From positions 1 to 13,875 of the forward strand of contig JBNPEG010000196.1 of the NCBI GenBank assembly GCA_051117555.1: a DNA stretch of 13,875 bases. Reading direction: 5' to 3'. Origin of the DNA: Elainellaceae cyanobacterium. Its GTDB lineage: Bacteria > Cyanobacteriota > Cyanobacteriia > CAZCXK01. Position 1 is the first letter of the stretch. The number at the start of each line of letters is the position of its first letter. Positions 7,368 through 13,875 of the stretch are shown here, one piece after another. A program made the translations under genes and the position numbers. Below the pieces are notes generated by a model. That model did not search any database. It was not told the DNA's origin and saw only the letters and a list, made by a program, of their open reading frames with translations.

Positions 7368-7511
7368 CGACTGTAAAAATTCAATTAAGCGTCTGACAGA
7401 CCCATTTGCAGCGTATCTCAGATAAACAGCCAATCGTATTACTCAGTCAAGATCGTTAAAGGTCTGCTAAGGTCTAAATGACCGACAATTATCTAACCTC
7501 TCCGAACAACC

Positions 7512-8009
7512 GTGCTTGAGTATTTACCTCCACTCAATAACCATAATTTGCCCTATCCGGATACCATTCATCCGATTGTGGTTCACTTTGTGATTGCAAT
7601 GGTTTTGTTTGCAGTCGTGTGCGATTTAATCGGCTATTTCAGCAAAAACACCCGCTTGTATGAAGTGAGCTGGTGGAATCTGACCTTTGCAACGGTATCG
7701 ATTTTCATCGCCATCATTTTTGGTCAAATTGAAGCTGGGTTGGCAGATCCCTATGCTGCTGCGGTGGGTGACCTAAACCTGCACACCATCATCGGCTGGT
7801 CCCTGTCTGGCATCATCGCCGCCATTACAGGCTGGCGCTACATCATCCGCGTTCGCACTCCAGGAACGCTACCTGTATCCTATCTGGGTGTCAATGGCCT
7901 GCTAACAGCTATCGTGCTGTTTCAGATTTATCTGGGTGATAAATTGGTTTGGGTCTATGGTCTACATTCTGAACCTGTGGTTGACGCAATTCGTGGAGGG
8001 ACGCTGTGA
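7512..8009 (+). CDS. DUF2231-family membrane protein (ARTO-operon gene 1)
   Basis: 'PYPDTIHPIVVHFVIAM' N-terminal motif and about 4 hydrophobic segments. Position ahead of ctaC matches the two membrane-protein genes that precede cyanobacterial ARTO operons (e.g. Anabaena coxBAC3). GTG start. Confidence 0.85.
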   Translation: MLEYLPPLNNHNLPYPDTIHPIVVHFVIAMVLFAVVCDLIGYFSKNTRLYEVSWWNLTFATVSIFIAIIFGQIEAGLADPYAAAVGDLNLHTIIGWSLSGIIAAITGWRYIIRVRTPGTLPVSYLGVNGLLTAIVLFQIYLGDKLVWVYGLHSEPVVDAIRGGTL

Positions 8010-8596
8010 TCATGACGCCTCTGATTGCCGATGTGGGCGCGAATAACTTGCCCTACACCATTCCCATCCATCCAAATCTGGTTCACCTGACACTCGGGCT
8101 GTTTATCGTGGCGATCGCCTTTGATATCGTCGGCGCGCTTTTTCCCTTAGAAAAGCCTGTGTTCAAGTTTCTGGCGATTTCAGCAACCCGCTCCAATCTA
8201 TTTGATGTGGGGTGGTACAACTTGGTCGCTGCTGCCATCATCACCTTTTTCACGGTCGCAGCCGGATTCTATGAAATGTTGACCGCTCATATTCCTAGCG
8301 ACGAGACAAGTTCCTGGGGATTGGGCGGAATGGAAACGGCGATTTGGCACGGGTTGGGTGGCGTGCTACTCCTGGCTCTGATTGTTGGTATGACTGTATG
8401 GCGAGGGTTTCAGCGCTATGTATGGCGGCAAGATCGCTCGTTGCAAGTGCAGTGGTCATACTTGGCAGCAGGGTTAGTCATTTTTGGGCTGATGTTTGCC
8501 CAAGGCACATTGGGCGCCCATCTAGGCGGTGAATTTGGACTACACGTCACCGCAGATCAAATGCTACGAGTTGGAAGTGACCCCAACACACTCTAA
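8006..8596 (+). CDS. DUF2231-family membrane protein (ARTO-operon gene 2)
   Basis: 'LPYTIPIHPNLVHLTLGLF' motif paralogous to the previous gene. GTGA start/stop overlap at 8006-8009 with SD GGAGG at 7995-7999. Alternative ATG at 8012. Confidence 0.85.
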   Translation: MIMTPLIADVGANNLPYTIPIHPNLVHLTLGLFIVAIAFDIVGALFPLEKPVFKFLAISATRSNLFDVGWYNLVAAAIITFFTVAAGFYEMLTAHIPSDETSSWGLGGMETAIWHGLGGVLLLALIVGMTVWRGFQRYVWRQDRSLQVQWSYLAAGLVIFGLMFAQGTLGAHLGGEFGLHVTADQMLRVGSDPNTL

Positions 8597-8686
8597 CTCC
8601 ATCGCTCAATCATAAATTTCATTTAATCTTAAATAGAACGCTGTAGCCGTTAGCTCTGCACACTAAAAAACACGATCAACGTAGCT

Positions 8687-9604
8687 ATGAAACGACGCAA
8701 TATCGTGATATTGACCATCCTGGCGATCGCCTATGGCCTGATCAGTCTCTGGGTCGGTCAGCAGGCATACCGCTGGATGCCCCCTGAGGCGTCTGCCGAG
8801 GCCGTGCTGATTGACAATCTATTTAGCCTGATGGTCACCGTAGGCACCTTCATCTTCTTGGGCGTCACAGGCACCCTGCTGTTCTCGGTGATTTTCCAGC
8901 GGGCGGCGAAGTACGACTACAGCGACGGTCCGCCAGTCGAGGGCAACGTTGTTCTCGAAGTGGTCTGGACAGCGGTACCCTTTGTCGTAGTCGTTTGGAT
9001 TGGCACCTATAGCTTCCAGATCTATCAGCAGATGGAGATTCTGGGGCCAGGAAAAAACGAATTTTCGATCGTGCCTGCTGCCCAGGCCGCGCCGATACCG
9101 GCTGAGATGGCTGAGATGGAGTCGCCTATTGAGGTGCGAGCCAAACAGTGGATCTGGGAATTTTACTACCCGGAGCAGGACGTGCTCAGCACTGAGCTCC
9201 ACTTGCCGGTCAACCAGCGAGCCAAGCTAGTGCTGACCTCGGAGGATGTGCTCCACGGCTTGTATATTCCCGCCTTCCGCGTTAAGCAGGCTATTATTCC
9301 AGGTCGGGAAATCAACTTTGAATTTACTCCGATTCGCGAGGGTCGCTACCGTCTGCGGGACTCCGAACACAGCGGCACCTATTCTGGATCTAACCAAACC
9401 AACGTAGTGGTGGAATCGGCAGACGACTACCAGCAATGGTTGGCTTTTGCTGCCTCTCAACCTCGCAAATCTGCAGAAAACCCAGCCTACGACCAGTTCA
9501 AACGGGCTCAACAAAATCCAATCAGCTTGGGATGGGAGTCCATAGAACCCGCTCCTGCTCCCATCGTTAACTACGCCAGCTCAGATAAGGACTCCTATGA
9601 GTAA
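8687..9604 (+). CDS. ctaC: Heme-copper oxidase subunit II, ARTO type (CtaCII/CoxB3-like), lacking CuA ligands
   Basis: 'EGNVVLEVVWTAVP', 'AKQWIWEFYYP' and 'SEDVLHGLYIPAFRVKQ' are subunit II motifs. The CxExCxxxHxxM CuA motif is replaced by DSEHSGTYSGSN. Confidence 0.93.
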   Translation: MKRRNIVILTILAIAYGLISLWVGQQAYRWMPPEASAEAVLIDNLFSLMVTVGTFIFLGVTGTLLFSVIFQRAAKYDYSDGPPVEGNVVLEVVWTAVPFVVVVWIGTYSFQIYQQMEILGPGKNEFSIVPAAQAAPIPAEMAEMESPIEVRAKQWIWEFYYPEQDVLSTELHLPVNQRAKLVLTSEDVLHGLYIPAFRVKQAIIPGREINFEFTPIREGRYRLRDSEHSGTYSGSNQTNVVVESADDYQQWLAFAASQPRKSAENPAYDQFKRAQQNPISLGWESIEPAPAPIVNYASSDKDSYE

Positions 9605-11273
9605 TGCCTCTTTAGACGCCATCACCCCCGGAAGAGGACAACCCCAACCGGGCGCACCCGACAACTGGCAACGATTTTTCACCTTCAGTACTGACCATAA
9701 AGTTATCGGCATTCAGTACATCGTCACCGCCTTCGTTTTTTTCATGCTGGGCGGGCTCCTGGCGATGATTATGCGAGGGGAGTTGATTACCCCTGACGCC
9801 GATCTCGTAGACCGCACCGTCTATAACGGACTGTTCACCATGCACGGCACGATCATGCTGTTCATGTGGACCTTTCCCGTACTCAATGGATTTGCGAACT
9901 ATCTGGTGCCCCTGCAAATCGGGGCGCGGGACATGGCCTTTCCCCGGCTGAATGCCGCCGCGTTTTGGCTGGTGCCCGTCTTCGGCGTGATATTGCTTGC
10001 CAGCTTCTTCGTGCCGGGGGGGCCGTCCCAGTCGGGATGGTGGGCTTATCCGCCCCTGAGTCTGCAAAATCCTACCGGTAACCTCATTAATGGCCAGTCT
10101 TTGTGGCTGCTGGCGATCGCCCTTTCCGGTGTCTCCTCTATCATGGGCGCAGTGAATATCGTTACCACTATCTTTCGGATGCGGGCTCCCGGCATGGGCT
10201 GGTTTCGGATGCCCGCTTACTGCTGGACGGTGCTAGCAGCCCAGATGATTCAGCTATTTGGCCTGCCTGCCCTGACGGCGGGGGCGGTGATGCTGCTGTT
10301 TGACCTGACCGTGGGCACTAGCTTTTTCAATCCCGACCTGGGGGGCGACCCGGTGCTGTACCAGCATTTCTTCTGGTTCTACTCCCATCCGGCTGTCTAT
10401 GTAATCATCCTGCCGGTATTTGGATTCTTCTCAGAAATTTTCCCAGTCTTTGCCCGCAAGCCGCTGTTTGGCTACAAAGTGGTGGTGGTGTCTTCGGTTA
10501 TTATCACTGCCCTGAGCCTGGTGGTCTGGGTACACCACATGTTCGCTAGCGGCACCCCTGGCTGGATGCGGATGCTGTTTATGTTCTCCACCATGCTGAT
10601 TTCGGTGCCGACCGGCATCAAGGTGTTCGCCTGGGTGGCGACAATCTGGGGCGGCAAACTGCGGCTAGATACGCCCATGCTGTTCGGCCTTGGCGGATTG
10701 GCTATGTGGGTATTTGCCGGGATTACGGGAGTGATGCTAGGGGCCGCGCCGTTTGATATACATGTCAACAACACCTATTTCGTCGTAGCCCACTTCCACT
10801 ACGTGCTCTTTGGAGCCGTCACCATGGGCATCTTCGCGGCCACTTACCACTGGTTTCCCAAGATGACCGGGCGTATGTACTACGAGGGACTAGGCAAGCT
10901 GCACTTTGCTCTCACCTTCATCGGGGCTAACCTCAATTTCTTTCCCATGCATCCTTTGGGGTTGATGGGCATGCCACGACGGGTGGCCTCCTATGATCCG
11001 GAGTTCGCCTTTTGGAATGTGATCGCCAGCATCGGTGGCTTTTTGCTAGGGGTTTCGACCCTGCCGTTTATTCTCAATATGCTGAGTTCTTGGGTGCAGG
11101 GCAAATCCGCGTCAGACAATCCCTGGCGGGCGATCGGCTTGGAGTGGTTAGTGTCCTCGCCGCCGCCTCATGAGAACTTTGACGAAATTCCGGTGGTGGT
11201 GTCGGCTCCCTACGGATACGGCACTGGCGAACCTTTGGTTGCAAGTCCATCTGCTAGTTCATCAGGAGAATGA
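9597..11273 (+). CDS. ctaD: Heme-copper oxidase subunit I (A2-type, ARTO CtaDII/CoxA3-like)
   Basis: TDHKVIG, FTMHGTIM, DMAFPRLN (D-channel), FWFYSHPAVY (YS motif of A2 oxidases), VWVHHMF, PTGIKVF (K-channel), VAHFHYV and GMPRR. 8-bp overlap with ctaC. Confidence 0.97.
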   Translation: MSNASLDAITPGRGQPQPGAPDNWQRFFTFSTDHKVIGIQYIVTAFVFFMLGGLLAMIMRGELITPDADLVDRTVYNGLFTMHGTIMLFMWTFPVLNGFANYLVPLQIGARDMAFPRLNAAAFWLVPVFGVILLASFFVPGGPSQSGWWAYPPLSLQNPTGNLINGQSLWLLAIALSGVSSIMGAVNIVTTIFRMRAPGMGWFRMPAYCWTVLAAQMIQLFGLPALTAGAVMLLFDLTVGTSFFNPDLGGDPVLYQHFFWFYSHPAVYVIILPVFGFFSEIFPVFARKPLFGYKVVVVSSVIITALSLVVWVHHMFASGTPGWMRMLFMFSTMLISVPTGIKVFAWVATIWGGKLRLDTPMLFGLGGLAMWVFAGITGVMLGAAPFDIHVNNTYFVVAHFHYVLFGAVTMGIFAATYHWFPKMTGRMYYEGLGKLHFALTFIGANLNFFPMHPLGLMGMPRRVASYDPEFAFWNVIASIGGFLLGVSTLPFILNMLSSWVQGKSASDNPWRAIGLEWLVSSPPPHENFDEIPVVVSAPYGYGTGEPLVASPSASSSGE

Positions 11274-11276
11274 CCC

Positions 11277-11882
11277 GTGAGCACAGTTAACATTGACCCA
11301 GCGGTTAATGCCCATGCCGCCCACGCAGCGGAGCATGAAGAAGAAGACCACCGCATGTTTGGCTTCATCGTGTTTCTACTGTCAGAAACCGTTATTTTTC
11401 TGAGCTTTTTTGTCGGCTACATCGTTTACAAAACCAGCGCTGATCCGTGGCTGCCCGCTGGCTTTGAGGGGTTAGAAATTCGAGAACCCCTAATCAATAC
11501 CATTGTGTTGGTGTCCAGTAGCTTTGTTATCTATGTTGCCGAGCGGTTTTTGCACAAAGAGAATCTCTGGGGCTTTAGAGCCTTCTGGTTGCTGACCATG
11601 GCGATGGGTAGCTTCTTCCTCTATGGGCAGGCCGTAGAGTGGATGAGCCTGCCCTTTGGATTTACGTCAGGCTTGTTTGGTGGCACGTTCTACTTGCTAA
11701 CCGGCTTCCACGGACTGCATGTGCTAACGGGCGTATTGCTACAGGGTATTATGCTGGGGCGATCGCTCATTCCGGGTAACTATGAGGGGGGCGAGTTTGG
11801 CGTCGCCGCCACGTCAATCTTCTGGCACTTCGTCGATGTCATTTGGATTGTTTTGTTTCTCTTGATCTACGTATGGCGGTGA
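11277..11882 (+). CDS. ctaE: Heme-copper oxidase subunit III (CtaEII/CoxC3-like)
   Basis: 'FGFIVFLLSE', 'INTIVLVSSS', 'FYLLTGFHGLHV' and 'FWHFVDVIW' motifs. GTG start 3 nt after the ctaD stop, with GGAG upstream. Confidence 0.95.
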   Translation: MSTVNIDPAVNAHAAHAAEHEEEDHRMFGFIVFLLSETVIFLSFFVGYIVYKTSADPWLPAGFEGLEIREPLINTIVLVSSSFVIYVAERFLHKENLWGFRAFWLLTMAMGSFFLYGQAVEWMSLPFGFTSGLFGGTFYLLTGFHGLHVLTGVLLQGIMLGRSLIPGNYEGGEFGVAATSIFWHFVDVIWIVLFLLIYVWR

Positions 11883-11924
11883 TTTGCCTGTTTCAATTGC
11901 ATTCATGATTCCACGGAGAAACCC

Positions 11925-13439
11925 ATGATTATTGACGACCAGCACTACGACATCATCATCGTGGGCACAGGTGCCGGAGGGGGCACTCTAGCTCAGAAGC
12001 TGGCTCCCACAGGCAAGCGGATTTTGATTTTGGAACGGGGTGAATCCATGCCTTTGGATGAGCAAAACCGTGCCAATGTAGATGTGTTCAAGAAGGAACG
12101 CTATCATGCCCCTGAGCAGTGGTATGACGAAACAGGAGAACCCTTCTCGCCCCAAACCAACTATGCGGTCGGTGGCAATACCAAGATCTATGGGGCAACC
12201 CTGATGCGGTTTCGGGAACGTGACTTTGATGCAGTCCCTCACCAGGACGGCGTATCTCCAGAGTGGCCGCTGAAGTACGCCGATTTTGAACCCTACTATA
12301 CTGCTGCTGAGCAGCTTTATCAGGTGCATGGTGATGCCGAGGCAGATCCCACTGAGCCTCCCCACAGCGCCGACTATCCCTTTCCGGCGATCGCCCATGA
12401 GCCGCTGCTTCAGCCGATTGTCGAGACTCTTGGAGGGCAGGGACTGCATCCCACGTCTTTACCCCTCAGCCTCACTCGCCAGGACGACGACCCGACCGGA
12501 GATTCTGAAGTCTTTGGCATCAAACCTGCCCTTGCCTGCGAGAATGTCACCTTGATTACAGGGGCAAAGGTGGTCAGCCTGCACACTAATACCTCAGGTC
12601 AGGAGATCAAGGGCGTTCAGGCAAAAATTGGCGACCAATATTTTCTGTATACGAGTGATATTGTGGTGCTGGCGTGTGGTGCCATCAATTCCGCAGCGCT
12701 ACTGCTGGCGTCAGCGAACGAAAAGCATCCCAACGGGCTGGCAAACAGATCTGACCAAGTCGGTCGGAACATGATGAAACACCTCATGACTGACATTGTG
12801 CAGCTTACGACCCAAACAAATTCTGGTAAGTTCTCTCGGAGTGTGAGCCTCAACGATTTCTACTGGGGCGATCGCGACTACGCCTACCCAATGGGGCACA
12901 TTTACAACACGGGTGGGCTGTTGCAAGATGTGATTTTCGCAGAGTCTCCCCCCATTCTGTCAGTCCTAGCTAAAGTGATGCCGGGGGCAGGGCTCAAGCA
13001 GCTCGCGACGCGCTCTATCGGCTGGTGGGCACAAACTGAAGTATTGCCTGACCCCAAAAACCGGGTGCGGTTAGAGAAAGGCAAGCTGCGATTAGAATTT
13101 ACTCCTAACAACACCGAAGCGCACGATCGCCTCATCTATCGCTGGATAGAGGCGTTGCAGGCAGTCGAGAAAAACACGAAGGGTTTCCAGCGCAGTGGGG
13201 TTCATCCCAGAGGCGAAGCACCGCTTCAAGTCGTTGCTCACCAGTGTGGCACCTGCCGCATGGGCACCGATCCGGCGACATCGGTATTAGATCTCAACTG
13301 CCGCACCCACGACATCGAAAATCTCTATGTAGTAGACAGTAGTTTCTTTCCGTCCTGTAGCAGTATTGGCCCAGCTCTGACCGTAATTGCTAATGCCCTG
13401 AGAGTGGGCGATCGCCTCATTGAGCGACTTCACTCGTAG
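11925..13439 (+). CDS. GMC-family FAD oxidoreductase
   Basis: FAD-binding 'YDIIIVGTGAGGG...ILILERG', 'VGGNTKIYGA', 'VVLACGAINSAALLL', catalytic-region 'AHQCGTCRMG' and 'NLYVVDSSFFP...PALTVIANALRV'. SD GGAG is just upstream. Confidence 0.93.
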   Translation: MIIDDQHYDIIIVGTGAGGGTLAQKLAPTGKRILILERGESMPLDEQNRANVDVFKKERYHAPEQWYDETGEPFSPQTNYAVGGNTKIYGATLMRFRERDFDAVPHQDGVSPEWPLKYADFEPYYTAAEQLYQVHGDAEADPTEPPHSADYPFPAIAHEPLLQPIVETLGGQGLHPTSLPLSLTRQDDDPTGDSEVFGIKPALACENVTLITGAKVVSLHTNTSGQEIKGVQAKIGDQYFLYTSDIVVLACGAINSAALLLASANEKHPNGLANRSDQVGRNMMKHLMTDIVQLTTQTNSGKFSRSVSLNDFYWGDRDYAYPMGHIYNTGGLLQDVIFAESPPILSVLAKVMPGAGLKQLATRSIGWWAQTEVLPDPKNRVRLEKGKLRLEFTPNNTEAHDRLIYRWIEALQAVEKNTKGFQRSGVHPRGEAPLQVVAHQCGTCRMGTDPATSVLDLNCRTHDIENLYVVDSSFFPSCSSIGPALTVIANALRVGDRLIERLHS

Positions 13440-13459
13440 ACGGGTTTCAACTCCTGGCT

Positions 13460-13751
13460 TCAAACCTGTAGCTTAAACCCTGGCAGCACGTCTTCACCAG
13501 ACAAAATATTGGGCATTTCAACCACCTGAACCGCTTGCCCGGCTCGGTAAATCTCAACCTGCTGGTCTGGAGGGTTAATCAGCCAACCCAAACGCAACCC
13601 GCTGGCTACGTATTCAGTCATCTTAGTGCGTAGCTCTGACAGGGATTGCGGTTTGATAGTTCCATTGGAAACAGACGGAGACCGCAACTCGATCACAAAG
13701 TCAGGGCAAATGGGTGGAAAGCCGATTCGTTGGTCAGAGGTTAAGACATCC
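13460..13751 (-). pseudogene. Uma2-family (PDDEXK) endonuclease gene, 3' half, interrupted by an IS1-family element
   Basis: 'DVLTSDQRIGFPPICPDFVIELRSPS...KMTEYVASGLRLGWLINP...VEIYR...LSGEDVLPGF' is the Uma2 C-terminal half. Homology stops abruptly at 13751, where the IS end begins. The track ORF 13460..13867 is a chimera of IS and Uma2 sequence. Confidence 0.85.
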
Positions 13752-13875
13752 GGCGTTGCTGAATAAGGGTATGAATCTATGCTGGGACAGGCACTTCCCC
13801 AAATCTGAGGTAGTGCAGTAGCAAACGGATAGAGTGCTTCAGCATATTCACGCACTTGGAATAGCACAATGTCTT
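13752..13875 (-). mobile_element. IS1-family insertion sequence, right end (continues beyond the window)
   Basis: Terminal-IR-like GGCGTTGCTGAATAAGGGTATGAA (13752-13775) lies immediately after a transposase stop codon and exactly at the point where Uma2 homology breaks. Confidence 0.8.
13777..13875 (-). CDS. IS1-family transposase (InsB-like), C-terminal 32 aa only
   Basis: Minus-strand frame from 13875 reads KTLCYSKCVNMLKHSIRLLLHYLRFGEVPVPA*. This matches the RKTLCYSKS..ML..SIRLLLHYL C-terminus I recall for cyanobacterial IS1 transposases. Not in the ORF track. Confidence 0.82.
   Translation of the reverse strand, partial: KTLCYSKCVNMLKHSIRLLLHYLRFGEVPVPA

Larger units (their letters stand above)
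285..13415. repeat. HIP1 octamers GCGATCGC (cyanobacterial highly iterated palindrome), dispersed
   Basis: Seen at 285, 885, 3239, 6693, 6794, 7244, 7355, 8111, 8723, 10113, 11759, 12387, 12868 and 13408 (manual scan). Confidence 0.9.

Noticed and set aside
6718..7433. Overlapping ORFs 6718..7425, 6923..7396, 6827..7162, 6876..7115, 6937..7131 and 7137..7433 as proteins
   Set aside because: They are open because the 21-bp and 111-bp repeats lack stops in several frames. They have weak starts and run through REP hairpins. Translation cannot be fully excluded.
8687..11882. Canonical aa3-type cytochrome c oxidase (ctaCDE-I)
   Set aside because: Subunit II lacks the CuA Cys/His/Met ligands and the operon is led by two DUF2231 genes, which fits ARTO.
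454..13135. Shadow ORFs antisense to or out of frame within real genes (e.g. 454..816, 1590..1901, 4658..4963, 5267..5620, 8819..9202, 9612..10067, 11988..12449) and spacer ORFs 2129..2338 and 2169..2429
   Set aside because: They overlap well-supported genes or the divergent promoter region and show no recognisable motifs.
13641..13672. ...ATTGGAAAC resembling the 3' end of a cyanobacterial CRISPR repeat
   Set aside because: Single copy inside a coding remnant, with no second repeat or spacer.
13752..13867. N-terminal part of ORF 13460..13867 as a genuine Uma2 N-terminus
   Set aside because: It is IS1 right-end sequence read in an alternative frame and has no Uma2 motifs.

Overview
Cyanobacterial DNA: about 14 HIP1 (GCGATCGC) octamers by eye and typical cyanobacterial gene families. 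Left to right: (i) the 3' end of a DUF4336-like gene converging on a membrane-anchored pentapeptide-repeat gene. (ii) A HIP1-poor accessory block of uncharacterised genes: a 144-aa ORF and a small CxxC/CxxC Zn-ribbon membrane protein on the minus strand, a palindrome-rich divergent spacer, a ~1120-aa protein with a possible N-terminal HTH and helical/TPR-like C-terminal half, and a 65-aa hydrophobic micro-protein. (iii) A repeat patch: a 3x10-bp tandem, a 9x21-bp two-variant tandem array, and a duplicated 111-bp GTAG-REP/REPIN-like unit. (iv) A six-gene alternative respiratory terminal oxidase (ARTO) operon: two DUF2231 genes, CuA-less ctaC, ctaD, ctaE and a GMC oxidoreductase lacking the usual Cys cluster. 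(v) A Uma2-family nuclease gene interrupted by an IS1-family element whose transposase 3' end (absent from the ORF track) runs off the window edge. The best candidates for something undescribed are the large HTH/TPR-like protein cassette with its small neighbours, and the DUF2231-ARTO-GMC module. All family calls are from motif recognition by eye, not database searches.
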